64,000 nt of DNA from Eledone cirrhosa (GCA_964016885.1 OZ024742.1:143220001-143284000), one strand, 5' to 3'. Counted from the stretch's first letter, positions 1 to 14,643 are shown. Notes: a model not told the origin generated them from the letters alone. Numbers and translations: made by a program.

Positions 1-637
1 CGTCTAGACACTTTGAACCAGTAGCCGGTATCTGAGAGATACGATTTTCGACTTCTCTCAGATACCGATAGCAACAGTTTTTTCTATCTTTAAGGGTCTT
101 CATCCTATTTCATAAGATATTTTATAACATTTCTGCGCATGATCATACCACTATTTTTATTGTTATATTATATTATTTTACTAGTCTCAATCAATCAACT
201 GCAACATTGCTGGCACTAGAGAGTTTAGTCGATCATATCAACTGGTGTGTTTATTTCAGCCCAGACCTTACATATCTATGTTTATTTAGTGGATGACCTT
301 TTGGCAGAATAGGGGTTTTACAGCTGATTTAAACATGATCACAGAACGAATACATATATATACAGAGGAAAAACACATGCATATACACAAATACATATAC
401 ACACGCACAAACACACGGAGACACAGTCAGCCTCATATTGGTATAATGGTAGCATAACCATCTCGCATACCACAGGTGTGAGTTGGAGTCACACAGGCGA
501 TAATGTGCACATTTTCCCGTCTTTTGTGGGTTTTATGCCCAACTTAGACTATTTTTCATAATCAAAAGCGTTCGTTGGAGCAACTTACTTTAAGCTAACA
601 GCATTAATTCATAATTTGGTCAACTCATAAATACGAA

Positions 638-706
<69 letters not shown>

Positions 707-984
707 AGAGAGAATGTGTGTATGTATTGTATTGGGGAGTGATATAAATATATAGATTGGGGAATATATATTACATATATCTATTACATGTTATACTAGT
801 ATTATATATGTGTAGGTGTGTTTATTAAATGCAATATCGCATAATTGCTTATTTCCACGGGCGTTTTAAGTTAACTCTATACTGGCTGGTAAATAAATAT
901 ATAAACGCTAATTCTCTGATTTTGCGAGTGTCAGATATCTACTTTCCATAAGTGATTACTATTTACTGTGGTTTTAGTACGTTT

Positions 985-1233
985 GTGTTTAACTGATTTC
1001 TCCAGCTGTTCGACCAAAGGTACAACCTGTTCATGAAATTAATGTAGAAGTGGTTCAGCTTCCCACACACATGTACACTTAAAGTAGTTCTCAGTAGGCT
1101 CAGCATGAGACTGTAAGTGAAAAGGCAGGTCCCCTTTGAATTACAGGTAGACATAACACGCCACCGGGAAACAGAGTCACGACCCTAGGATGGTGAGCTG
1201 AACACCCCAACAACTAGACCACGGGCCTTCACA
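985..1233 (-). mobile_element. Degenerate tRNA-headed SINE (family 2)
   Basis: Minus strand starts tgtgaaggcccgtggtctagttgttggggtg (A-box-like). The body gtacatgtgtgtgggaagctgaaccacttctacattaatttcatg is also seen in the 48-50 kb satellite unit. Confidence 0.5.
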
Positions 1234-1236
1234 ATA

Positions 1237-1320
<84 letters not shown>

Positions 1321-1711
1321 GTTAATATATATATAAATAAATATATATATATAAATGGAATAGAATGAAACGAAATTTCATTTCTCACTCTTAGTACGGC
1401 ACTTACTAAGTATATACTTTCAGACGTTCAAGCATCTGGCAGGAAGGTATACGATGCTGACGATAGCCAATAATCTTGAAACTAGTACATCGTTCCTGTG
1501 TCAGTGTTGAACAAAAAGGTGACGTGGTTGCCTAAACACTGTACGGCGTAATTCGGGCTGTTTGTTTGTTTAAAAACAAACAAACCGAGCATTATAATAA
1601 ATGTTCGGTAAACCGATACGTGCATATATATATGTGTGCATGTATGTATATATATATACATACTACTGTACGTCTGTATACATATATGTATGTACGTATA
1701 CATACATACTT

Positions 1712-1764
<53 letters not shown>

Positions 1765-1765
<1 letters not shown>

Positions 1766-2757
1766 TATAAGGGCCAGACACATTATAAAAATGGCTGTGA
1801 AGTGACAAGTCAGGCAGCCGAAAAAACGAGCAAGCTAAACAGGTTAACAAAAATTACCTGGACCTTCCTGGGTGGTTTCTGTGACTTCTAAATCAAGTAT
1901 ACTGTCTGATTTCGTTGTAAGCTTTTGGTATAATGATCGAACAAGGTAGACACTTTGTTAACAGGTTTTTGCTCTCAACCGCCTACGCTTTTTTTTCGGC
2001 TGCCTGGCTTGTCACTTCATTTTTAAATGTGTCTGGCCCTTATAACATATGTTAATTGCTCTGGCTTCTTCCTAGTCCATTGAGCGCTTGCTGGCATATC
2101 TCGAAAATTGAGTTTCGTTTTATTTTGGCGGCCGCCGAAATACGATCTCGCTGAAATTATATTTGTATTAATCTCCCGGGCCTAGAAATTAATTAGCTAA
2201 TTCAATTAGACAAATCTATTGACTGATTAATTGCTTAAGTTTATTTAAAAACAACCCGAATCGATATGTGCTGTTTTAAAAAATATTTTGCAATTCCTTT
2301 ACACATTTCGAATGCACCCGCCAAAAACAGGGGTTACCTCCCTTGCAGGGTAACCACGTGAGGTAGTGGCTTCACTAATGCTTCATTTGAACCCGTAGGC
2401 GGTTGAGAGCAAAAACCTGTTGACAAAGTGTCTACCTTGTTCGATCATTATACCAAAAGCTTACAACGAAAGCAGACAGTATACTTGATTTAGAAGTCAC
2501 AGAAACCTCCCACTGGATTTTACCACCACGTCCCAGGAAGGTCCAGGTAATTTTTGTTAACCTCTTTAGCTTGCTCGTTTTTTCGGGTGCTTGGTTTGTC
2601 ACTTCACAGCCATTTTTATAATGTGTCTGTCCCTTATAACGTATGTTAATTGCTCTGGCTTCTTCCTAGTCCATTGACCGCTTGCCGGCATATCTCGAAA
2701 ATTGCGTTTCGTTTTGTTTTGGCTGCCGCCGAAATACGATCTCGCTGAAATTATATT

Positions 2758-2760
<3 letters not shown>
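1765..2760. repeat. Rearranged inverted/direct repeat element flanked by (TA)n
   Basis: 1765-1987 is inverted at 2394-2639, and its 5' part is also inverted at 1991-2045. 2046-2166 is directly repeated at 2640-2760. Confidence 0.8.
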
Positions 2761-2843
<83 letters not shown>

Positions 2844-2944
2844 CATATATATATATATATATAGAGAGAGAGTGCGTATATATTTACCTCTATTTCAACT
2901 ACGGCCCATACACAATAGTTCTGGAGATTGAGGCCTAGTGAGCC

Positions 2945-3631
2945 AGAAGGCTTCATAACTGTCACCAACAACTCTTTGTAGACAGCAGCATTGACTCTTA
3001 AGCCCCGAGAAAGAAAAATGAGCAGGAATCTCTCTCATTGCTGACAACACCCAGAACCATCACAGTTGCTGGAAATTTGGTGTGCATGGCCATTGGAACC
3101 TCATTTGGATTTCTGCATAGCCATCTATCGTTCCGTCGGTTCACCTTGTGGTCCTGATCAAGTTTCTCTCACCAAAAAGAACCAAAGCATTCCAGTTTCT
3201 TGATGTTTTATCTTATTCAGTAAGCGCTTTGCACGGCACAAACGATTTTCTTTTGTCACATCCGACATAAACTTGCCTCTCCGCATCACATATGACTTGC
3301 ATCGGATGTCTCCACGAACAACTCTTCATATAGCGCATTCTGAAACCTTTATGTTCTTTGCAATGGCTCTCATTGACTTTCCTTGGATTTTATCGATTGA
3401 GTTTTTATTTTTTACAAACTGAGGCGTTCTGATTGCATTAAAACCTTGCGCTTTGCGCTAGGCTGCCGATGTTGGATCCCCGCCAGTAGCTTCCAGATCT
3501 TTTCTATCTTTGACGACAAAGAATCGAGCAACTTTCAGGAAGGAAGCTATCGCTGTATCACTATGCTGTGCTTTTTAGGCAACGATTAAAGCGCGCCGTT
3601 GCCTTTCTTGAGTCAATTTAATGTCTGGCAT
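2945..3631 (-). pseudogene. Transposase pseudogene (maT-like)
   Basis: Manual translation: MPDIKLTQ...KSMRAIAKNIKVS...KVNRRNDRWL...[17 protein letters not shown]...LRVNAAVY, with stops and frameshifts. Confidence 0.8.
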
Positions 3632-3645
3632 TATTTATCTGAAAA

Positions 3646-3830
3646 GGGCGGTGGATTGGCAGTATCGGTAGAGGGTCGGACGCCATGCTTTCCGGCATAG
3701 TTACGTCCCTTTACGATCTGAGTTCAAATCCCGCCGAGGTTGACTTTGCCTTTCATCCTTACGGGGTCGATAAAATAAAGTACCAGTACTGCACTGGGTA
3801 ATTGCTGGCCTTGTGCCTAAAGTAGAAACA
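3646..3830 (+). mobile_element. tRNA-derived SINE with Meta-like central domain (family 1)
   Basis: A box tggcagtatcgg, B box gagttcaaatcc, central gcctttcatccttacggggtcgataaaataaagtacc. 16-bp TSD attatttatctgaaaa at 3630-3645 and 3831-3846. Confidence 0.9.
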
Positions 3831-3919
3831 ATTATTTATCTGAAAAATTAAAAAAGACTAATTAATAATAAGAAAGTTAGAGCTCAAGAAAGATGTATCC
3901 TGAAAAGCGTGACGCACCC

Positions 3920-4008
<89 letters not shown>

Positions 4009-4169
4009 AATTTGTATTCCAATGTTACTAAGTAGTTGCATTGGATAGAGTCAACCGACGTCAGAGATTGCTCAACGTATAATAAAGTGTGTTTTAAAAT
4101 CCAGAGAAAATATGAAGAAGAAGTTTACGAAATTCTATATACCCGCATTTCCATTTCGTAAACTTCTTC

Positions 4170-4223
<54 letters not shown>

Positions 4224-4445
4224 TGTATGTGCGTAACGTTAAGACAGATGTTCCATAATCGCAATACGATGACGTAACATCTGTCTTAACGTTAATTTCA
4301 TACATGGAAACTCAGTCGCGTCTGATCGCCACCGTTATGTTGAATAGATACGACTGACGTCGAGTGCTCTTACCTGCTTACACATGTTTATCAATGAGTC
4401 GTCACAACACAATTCTTACGGATAAGCAACACAGTAGTTAGCAAC

Positions 4446-5654
<1,209 letters not shown>

Positions 5655-5841
5655 ATGCTTTGGGATGGTCATGTTCCCAATAAGAAACACACGCACCAGT
5701 TGCTTTCACTCCAATTTAAGAATTTATAAATTACCGGTTGGTTGGTTGGTTCCAAAGCATAACAATATCGGTTTCAACACACGTTTTCAGATAAAGAATC
5801 TTGCTAAACAAATTCAGAAACGATATATATATATATATATA

Positions 5842-6196
5842 GAAAGAAAAAGAGATGAAATCGAAAATGCAACTGGAGTCTTATTTAAAAAAAAAATATA
5901 TATATTTATTTGGTTCCTTTACCGGTTTCGCAGTTCTTCTGCTTTTCAAAAGGTGAGTTGAGATGGAGGGTCTGTGGTTTTTCTCACATCTGATGTGAGA
6001 AAAACCACAGACCCTCCATCTCAACTCTACTTTTGAAAGCAGAAGAACTGCGAAACCGGTAAAGGAACCAAATAAATATATATATTTTTTTAAAAATAAG
6101 ACTCCAGTTGCATTTTCGATTTCATCTCTTTTTCTTTATACTTTCACTCGTGTAGGACACCTCGGTTATTTTTCATTTTGTAAAAAAAACCTCACA

Positions 6197-6202
<6 letters not shown>
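5842..6202. mobile_element. Fold-back Penelope-like pLTR remnant with hammerhead motif
   Basis: Near-perfect arms of about 148 bp centred on 5991, flanked by (TA)n. A second copy lies at 19926-20285. Confidence 0.7.
5916..5953 (-). ncRNA. Minimal type I hammerhead ribozyme, U3-A8 variant
   Basis: ccuu-UUGAAAA-gcag-aagaa-cugc-GAAAC-cg-GUA-aagg. Confidence 0.65.
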
Positions 6203-6259
<57 letters not shown>

Positions 6260-6309
6260 GAATAATCGAGTATCGAAAAATCGGCGCACGAGTTCACGAT
6301 AAACAAAAT

Positions 6310-6376
<67 letters not shown>

Positions 6377-6418
6377 GATATATTAACAAATGGAAACTAT
6401 ATTTATAAAACCATATTT

Positions 6419-6480
6419 ATTTCATTATACATATTTCAAGGACACCAAGTCAAATTATGGTGCGCTTTCATCAGATAAAA
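6419..6480 (-). ncRNA. Minimal hammerhead ribozyme (same family as 59713)
   Basis: uuuuau-CUGAUGA-aagcgcacca...uggugucc uu-GAAAU-augu-AUA-augaaa. Confidence 0.65.
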
Positions 6481-6668
6481 TATAATATAGATCAGTTTTA
6501 TAAATAAATATTGACATACCTTTAAAGAATGCGACCATTTCTGTTGGAAGCTATATTTAAATTAAAATATAAATATTAATAAAATAGATGTTCAGACAAA
6601 ATATAATGATACATGACATACCCTGTAAAACTCATTCTTTGACATAATCATTGAATATTGATGAACAC

Positions 6669-6749
<81 letters not shown>

Positions 6750-7121
6750 TATATATATACGTGTGAGTGTATGTGTGTACAAACATCCAACTAGAATTAC
6801 GAGAAAAGCATCAACATACAAATCACACATTGCATCGACCAATAAACAAGCAATATAATAAATCATTGGTTTTCAATTACTAGTGTGAACCAATAAATTT
6901 TTACTAAAGGTAGTGAAATTAAAGATCATATTTACAAACAGTACGCATACACATACATGCATGTATGTGTATGTTTGCAGACAGAGACACAGATACACAG
7001 ACTTATTAACATACACAAACAAGCACACATACACATATACACACATATATTTGTATATAGGCATGTATGTATACATAAATACATACGTACGTACACAAAC
7101 ACACATATATATATGTATATA

Positions 7122-7188
<67 letters not shown>

Positions 7189-7385
7189 CTTTACAAATAT
7201 CTTTTATATATATTGTATAAATCTGTGTGAATTCATGCATGATATTCGTAAATATAGATGTTTGAATCCAAACTGTACGTACGTATGTTTTGATGTATGT
7301 ATCTATCTATCAATATCTATATGTATATATGTGTGTGTATGCATATATATATATATATGTGTGTGTGTGTATGCATATACATACA

Positions 7386-7456
<71 letters not shown>

Positions 7457-7471
7457 TTATATGTATATATA

Positions 7472-7524
<53 letters not shown>

Positions 7525-7526
<2 letters not shown>

Positions 7527-10500
7527 TGGATGTAGTTTAATGTCTTGGGTATGACATTAAACTACATCCAGTGGCAAGGCTCCAGTTCGGGAGTTCAGGA
7601 GATGTGGGGAATATGGAGTTACCCCTTAGTTGTCATGACTCCCAGGTCTGCCCTGGCCCGGGGTGGTAGTACCTGTTAGGGCTCCATTTATGGGTTAAAT
7701 AACTACCTTATTCGAGTGGCGCCGGTAAGGTATTGTCAGCCATTGAAAAGAAATATGGAGAGTCGATCTAACAGCACTAGGGTTAGAGCCCCTAATTACA
7801 CTGTCAAGGAGCAGCCTGGTCGTTATGACTCTGCTGGCTTAGAGCCACAGAGAGGGCCAGTGGATGATGGATCAGCTGTCTCTGAGACAAATATAAAGAA
7901 TGCAGTTTTGTCCTGCAGAAGAGCCATCAAAATGGGCACTTTGAATGTGAGGACTATTCGAACGCTGGAGAAGAGAGAGGAGTTGGGACATCTGTTCGAG
8001 GAGAGTGGTATACAGATACTTGCGATCCAAGAACACAGGATTCTACACGATGAGCCCGTGAGGAGTGTGATGATCGGGAGGAAGAGCCAGCTCATCACTA
8101 CATCGGCAGTGAAGAACACAACAAATGCTGCAGTAGGAGGAGTGGGTTTTGTGTTCAGTGCAAAAACCAATCTGTTGGTGAGGGAAATAATGCCTATCTC
8201 CCCGCGAGTGTTGAGGGTGACCTTCAATGGAAACCCAAGACTGACAGTCATCTCAGCCTATAGTCCAACCGAGGGGGACAGTGATGTGAATGCCGAGGAG
8301 TTCCATGAGGAAGTGTGTAGAGCTGTCAACACCACTCAGGCACACAATATCCTGCTTGTTTTGGGGGACTTCAATGCACATCTGAGTAAGGAGGGCAGTG
8401 AAGATCCTTGCTGGTACTTCCATAACAACACCAACCGAAATGGAAGACTACTGAGAGACACCCTGCTGGAGGCGAACTTGATGGCGACCAACCTAAGGTT
8501 TAGGAAGAATCTGGGGAAGATGTGGACCTACATCTCAGATATGCACCTGTCCAAGTCCCAGATTGATTTCATTCTGGTGAGGAAAAAGTGGCGGAATAGT
8601 GTTCTGAACACGGAACCATACAGCTATTTCAGTACACTGGGTAGTGACCACCGGCTTGTTATGAGTGAGGTCCGCGTGAGCTTAAGAAAGAGCAAGGCTC
8701 AGCCCCGGAGAACAATCTATGACTGGGGAGCTTTCAAGGAAGATGATAAGCTACAGGAGAGGTTCACAGTGGAAGTGAGAAACAGGTTTAGTGCTCTGTG
8801 TGGAGAGTCAGAGGAGAGAGAGATTGGATGGACTGAGGAGAGTGTGACGAGGAGGTACGGGCACTTCACCAATGCAGTGGCGAAAGCAAGTGAAACCCTG
8901 GTGCCGAGGAAAAAGAACAAAGGGAAGCACGTCAGCTCTGCAGACCCAAAAGTGTGTGCAGCCAGAGAACACCTGAAAGCTGCCAGGGACCAATTCTATG
9001 CTGATCCTACGGAGGAGAGGATGGAGACTGTGGAGGTGATGAGGGAAGAGCTCTGTACCGCTTACACTGAGGTCAGAGAGGAGGCACTGATAGAGAAGAT
9101 CAGAAGTGTGGAGAGAGCGGTTGACAGATCTGGATGTAAGGAGAGCTGGATGATCATCAACGAGATCACAGGGAGGAAGAAAAGGTGTTCGAGTCAGATC
9201 CAGGGAACGGGGCCCGAGGATAGGAAGAGGAAATGGCTAGACCATTTTAGGACCCTACTAGGAGAGCCACCCTCCACAGCCCAGAGCACTGGGGAGATCA
9301 GGCGGCTGTTTGAGGAACTGGATGTTGAGACAGAGCCCTTCACCAGAGAGGAGCTTCAGAGAGCCAAGAAGAAGATCAAGGAGGGCAAGGCTCATGGAGA
9401 AGATGGAGTAGCATCAGAGGTGATGAAGTGGTGTGATTTTGATGATATCATCCTGGGGTTCTGTAACGGGGCACTGGAGAAAGGAGTTGCCCCGAATCAG
9501 TGGAGGATCAGTAACATCGTCCCAGTGCCAAAGAAGGGAGATCTCTCTAACACCAACAACTACCGGGGGATCTCACTGACGTCACTTGTGGCAAAGACCC
9601 TCAACAGGATGATTCTTAACAGGATCCAGCCTGAGATGGAGAAGAAGCTCAGGGACAACCAGAACGGCTTCAGAGAGGGTAGATCAACCACCAGTCACAT
9701 CCTGATGCTGAGGAGGATATTAGAGGGAGCTAGAGCAAAGTGCCTTCCTGCGGTCATGGTTTTCATTGACTTTAGGAAGGCCTTTGATTCTGTGGACCGT
9801 TACTGCCTGATGAAGATCTTACAGGCTTATGGAATCCCCAAGAGGATGGTGGACCTGATATCGCTGCTCTACACCAACACCAAAGCCCAAGTCATTACAC
9901 CTGATGGGATGACAGAGTTCTTTGAGATACTGGCTGGAGTGCTCCAGGGAGATACATTGGCTCCCTACCTTTTTATCATCGTAGTGGACTATTGTATGCG
10001 CCTTGCACTGGAGAAACACCAGGACTCTGGCTTTACTGTAGCACCGGCTCAGAGCAGGAGAGTTGGGGCGAAAAAGGTATCGGATGCTGAATTTGCCGAC
10101 GACATAGTTTTGGTGACAAATACAGTGAAGGAGGCAGAGGATTTGATGCGGGAGGTTGAGACTGTGTCGATGAGTGTGGGGCTGAGAATGAATGAGACTA
10201 AAACAAAATATCTGGTAGAGAATGTTGAGAAGCCAGAGGGGATCACTAATGTAGGCGGGAAGCCGCTGGAATTGGTTGAGGACTTCCTGTATTTGGGAGC
10301 AAAGATTGGGAATACGGAAGATGATGTGGTTGAGAGGAAGAGCAAGGCCTGGGCGGCGTGCCACAGCTTGAGATCGGTGTGGAAGTCGGACCTTCGTAGA
10401 GACCTGAAAATCCGCCTCTTCATTGCTGTAGTGGAGTCTGTGCTGCTGTATGGGTCTGAGACTTGGACACTGACCAAGAGACTCACTCAGATGGTGGATG

Positions 10501-10859
10501 GGTGCTACACGAGAATGCTGAGGATGGCTCTGAACATTAATCAGTATACACTGAGGATGAAAAACTCAGAGCTGTATGGGAGCCTCCCAAAAGTCAGCTC
10601 AAAAGTGACACAGAGGAGACTGAGGTTGGCTGGACATGCTCACCGACATCCAGAGTTGACATTGCACTCCGTGCTCCTTTGGGAGCCCCTACATGGACAC
10701 ACTGGAAGAGGAAGACCAAGGTTAACATATGTTGATGCCCTAAGGACAGACACTGGTCTGTTGGAGACGCAGGACATGGCAGCGATAATGAGGGACAGAG
10801 ACCGCTGGGGAGAACTCGTCCATGGATCTCGGGAATTTTACCCGCCTTAGATAGATAGA
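7525..10859 (+). mobile_element. Full-length RTE-clade LINE inserted in (TA)n
   Basis: About 230 nt 5'UTR, a single APE-RT ORF, and a (TAGA)n tail starting at the stop codon. Confidence 0.92.
7755..10850 (+). CDS. RTE ORF: AP endonuclease + reverse transcriptase, uninterrupted
   Basis: GTLNVRT, IQEHR, SAYSPT, LGDFNA, IDFIL, SDH (APE). YRGISL, FIDFRKAFDSV, GVLQGDTLAPYLF, FADD, YLG (RT). RRLRLAGH...GRPR C-terminus. First ATG at 7755 (the track starts at GTG 7716). Confidence 0.95.
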   Translation: MESRSNSTRVRAPNYTVKEQPGRYDSAGLEPQRGPVDDGSAVSETNIKNAVLSCRRAIKMGTLNVRTIRTLEKREELGHLFEESGIQILAIQEHRILHDEPVRSVMIGRKSQLITTSAVKNTTNAAVGGVGFVFSAKTNLLVREIMPISPRVLRVTFNGNPRLTVISAYSPTEGDSDVNAEEFHEEVCRAVNTTQAHNILLVLGDFNAHLSKEGSEDPCWYFHNNTNRNGRLLRDTLLEANLMATNLRFRKNLGKMWTYISDMHLSKSQIDFILVRKKWRNSVLNTEPYSYFSTLGSDHRLVMSEVRVSLRKSKAQPRRTIYDWGAFKEDDKLQERFTVEVRNRFSALCGESEEREIGWTEESVTRRYGHFTNAVAKASETLVPRKKNKGKHVSSADPKVCAAREHLKAARDQFYADPTEERMETVEVMREELCTAYTEVREEALIEKIRSVERAVDRSGCKESWMIINEITGRKKRCSSQIQGTGPEDRKRKWLDHFRTLLGEPPSTAQSTGEIRRLFEELDVETEPFTREELQRAKKKIKEGKAHGEDGVASEVMKWCDFDDIILGFCNGALEKGVAPNQWRISNIVPVPKKGDLSNTNNYRGISLTSLVAKTLNRMILNRIQPEMEKKLRDNQNGFREGRSTTSHILMLRRILEGARAKCLPAVMVFIDFRKAFDSVDRYCLMKILQAYGIPKRMVDLISLLYTNTKAQVITPDGMTEFFEILAGVLQGDTLAPYLFIIVVDYCMRLALEKHQDSGFTVAPAQSRRVGAKKVSDAEFADDIVLVTNTVKEAEDLMREVETVSMSVGLRMNETKTKYLVENVEKPEGITNVGGKPLELVEDFLYLGAKIGNTEDDVVERKSKAWAACHSLRSVWKSDLRRDLKIRLFIAVVESVLLYGSETWTLTKRLTQMVDGCYTRMLRMALNINQYTLRMKNSELYGSLPKVSSKVTQRRLRLAGHAHRHPELTLHSVLLWEPLHGHTGRGRPRLTYVDALRTDTGLLETQDMAAIMRDRDRWGELVHGSREFYPP

Positions 10860-10930
10860 TATATATATATATATATACACACAAATACACACACATACTC
10901 ACACACACACACACACACACATGCATACAC

Positions 10931-10976
<46 letters not shown>

Positions 10977-11984
10977 TTACATATACATATGTATCTATAT
11001 ATTCGAAAGCTTTCGTAATTACCTTAAATAATTACAAGGAAAAGCGAAAAGGATAAAAGAAAGCAAGGAAAACAAAAAACAAAAAAAACTAAAAACAAAA
11101 ATAAAATGGAGGAAGCAGACGTAAACTGATCGTTAGTGTCATTGAGGACGGCATTTTAGGAAAAAATATTAGTTTTCCATAAGGAGTTCCTAATTGAAAA
11201 TGGCAAAATTCCAAAATCTTTGATCACGTCGTCTCAAACAGCAAGTTACAAAAGATAAATCGTTAGTATTTGTGCAAAACAGAATCAACGAAAGTTTATT
11301 CCGCAGAATGAAATACCTATAACCGAATTCTTTGAAGCTTATTTCAGAAGGTGGTTGCTATGGTTTATTCAAGCATGACAATTGAACGAAAAGGAATTGG
11401 ATAAGATAAACGCCAAGATAGCGTCTTAGAAAATGAAAAAAAAAAAATATATATATATATATATATAATATAAAAAGAATATGTTGTCAATGATGAAACT
11501 ATTCTCATCAAAGAATAACGATTTGTCAGTTAAAAATCATGTTATGAGATTATTTCCCCACTTAAATCACTTGGGAGAAACATAGATGGCTATACAATAT
11601 TAACGAATGTAATTAACAGTGTTTTGGCGTAATTATGTCACAGCTACAGCTTATAATTATTTATGCAAAAGATTGGTGTTAAGGCTAGACTTGGTTGCAC
11701 GCAATAGTAACTCTGAAATTGTTTCAAAGAGTGAATGAATATTACTTGCAGTAATACTACACACACACACCTGTAACAATGCGCTAACATTATTCTTTTT
11801 CTTTTCCATTAAAAGAAAAAAAAAAAATGTTTAATGTATAACAGAAATCAAAATAAAATTAAAACTATGACGCACCAGGAAGCACAACAGTGAAACACAT
11901 AAAATTGTATTGTTCTCATCTTTTAATCACGCGATTTCTCGTCTGTGCATTTTGTTTGATCACAGTGGATTGATAAATTCGTTT

Positions 11985-12105
11985 GAGCGTCGGAAAAAAT
12001 GTCTGTGGTTTTTAGTTACGGCACTTTACGTTCTGAATTCAAATCTTCCCGAGATCAACTTTGATTTTCACCCCTTCCGGTGCCGATAAAATAAGGTACC
12101 TGTAA
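11985..12105 (+). mobile_element. Degenerate SINE family 1
   Basis: ttctgaattcaaatc...ttttcaccccttccggtgccgataaaataaggtacc. Confidence 0.7.
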
Positions 12106-13906
12106 AGTGGATATAATATTCCCAACGAAGCATTCTAGATATTAATGGTATAATGGAAGACAAAGACGGGATATGCTGTCAACTCAGTCTGATCATGTAT
12201 GTCATCTGTGATCTCCCTTTAGCAATGTGATACGATATGTTGTCTGCTCAATCTAACTCGGTAGCAGAGTTAATTCCCACCTCTATCTCTTTCTATCTCT
12301 CTCTCTCTCTCTCTCTTTCTTTCTCCCAATCTTTCTCTTATGCATTCCCTCTCCACAGCAGTCTATGTTCCATTGCCACACTTTATTAATTTTAAACACT
12401 TTTATCCCACCCTCTAGCTGCGCCTCAAACTCACTATTTCTATCTCCATTTTCAATTTCTAAAAGCGTACCCCCCCCACACACATGCTCACACACACACA
12501 CTCATACTTATACACATATCAGATTTCGTAATATAAGGTTTTGACTCTAGAGTTCGCGATCCACTTTCATTCTCATCTCTTTTCTCTTTGAGAATGACAT
12601 GCACGTCATGCAGTATCATTTCTTCATATTGCTCTCATATGCGAAACATTTGATTGAATAAGAACAGTAGGTGTCATGGTAGATTTTTTAAAATGGATTA
12701 GTCGAGTGGTAAGCACTGTCCATTGACTCATATACTGTCTGGAAGAAAGGAGAATGTTATCCTGAAACAGAAGATTAGCCCAAATACTTGAAACAAGGTA
12801 AACTTCTCTAAAGGTATTCAAAGGCAAAGTGATGCCTTTGAACTAGGTGACAGATTAATTTTACCACCAAAGAAAAGAAACAGTTTCACTGACGGACTTC
12901 CATTCAGTTTCCGTGTACGAAATTTCATTGAAACTACAGGAGAAACCGAATCCGAAACAATGTAGTTGTGAATCGAACTGCTTAGTCATGCATCAATATC
13001 TACACTGTTAAAGTGTGATCTATGATCTCAGCAAACTGTACCTGAAACATTTTTTTTGAATCACTAATTTCTCAACATTTCTTTCTTCCATATCCTAAAG
13101 TAATTGGGAAAGAAAAGCCTCCATTTTAAAATTACTTCATTTCGCTTCTTTGGAAATAAATAAAATTTCAGTGTTCATGTCGAATTAAGAAATCATTAAT
13201 TATGAAAGAAATACAATGTAAAATAAATATTTTAACACCAGCGGAAGAGCGAACGTAGATGCTTATATATTTGATATCTTTTGTATTTATACATAAACTA
13301 CCAATGAATGTTTGCCTATTATTACATTGACATTATTATATTTTATATATCAGCTGCAAACCGACATTGCCTAGCAAAAACAGTGTAAAAAGGATTTGGG
13401 TATTTAAGCGTGAATTTGAGATTTATATCAGAAATTAACCTCAGCTACGAGTCTGTATGTTTTAGTATATAATTAGTTCAGCTTCATTGTAATTTGCTGA
13501 GCAGCAAAACTTGATAATTTGTGTCTGTTTCAGCTGTTTACACATCAGTTACGAAGGTAAGTGAGAGAGGGAGGAGATAGTGGGGGGGGGGGAAGAATAG
13601 ATAGACAGATGATTAAACCGACTTGACAGAGATAGAGCTAGAAGATAAAGAGAGAAAATAAGTGAGGGAGAAGGTAAGAAAGAGAGAGTGTATGAGAGAG
13701 AGAGCGAGAGAACGTGTGAATATTTGTGTGTATGCTTCGTATACAGTATACGTCTATGAACTTCTAAATGTACGTCAATTTGCATCAATCTCAGTTATCA
13801 AATATACAACAGTTTTGTCATGCGTGTAGGTCAATATGGAACTGTATAAATAGGTCTCCATTATACCTGCATAGACATATCATTCACTCTTCCTCTCTCT
13901 ACACAC

Positions 13907-13960
<54 letters not shown>

Positions 13961-13978
13961 TTCCAAGGCTCACGCATG

Positions 13979-14024
<46 letters not shown>

Positions 14025-14131
14025 GGGTTCAATGGCGGTGGGGGTGGGGTGGGGGGAAACTACAGTAAGTAAAATACTCAATAAATAGCAGGGTATAAAT
14101 ATTTGATATAGAAATGGTTTCAAAAAGATTA

Positions 14132-14189
14132 GAACTGTTTCATTGAAAGGAAATCATCAGGATGATTTCCTTTCAATGAAACAGTTCTA
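14132..14189. repeat. Short fold-back with hammerhead-like core (related to 47381-47467)
   Basis: agaactgtttcattgaaaggaaatcatc / gatgatttcctttcaatgaaacagttct. The minus strand reads CUGAUGA...GAAAC. Confidence 0.55.
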
Positions 14190-14203
14190 GCCCTGTAGTA
14201 GCC

Positions 14204-14481
<278 letters not shown>

Positions 14482-14504
14482 TATATATATATATATATAC
14501 ACAC

Positions 14505-14643
<139 letters not shown>

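Larger units (their letters stand above)
2945..3921 (-). mobile_element. Tc1/mariner (maT/DD37D-like) DNA transposon relic, 3'-truncated
   Basis: One TIR-like end, cagggtgcgtcacgc, reading from 3921 on the minus strand. Transposase remnant 3631 to 2945. Confidence 0.8.

Noticed and set aside
436-500. tRNA-like sequence tggtataatggtagcata
   Set aside because: No intact B box or cloverleaf; at most a decayed SINE head.
7547-7710. HDV-like ribozyme in the RTE 5'UTR
   Set aside because: Known for some RTEs and a gggagtt/gactccc pairing exists, but I could not build P3/L3/P1.1 by eye. It needs a descriptor search.
11000-13550. Possible host exons in unique AT-rich DNA (also 38.4-39.9 kb and 60.2-60.8 kb)
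   Set aside because: No recognisable protein similarity or consistent exon chain. Small exons cannot be excluded without RNA data.
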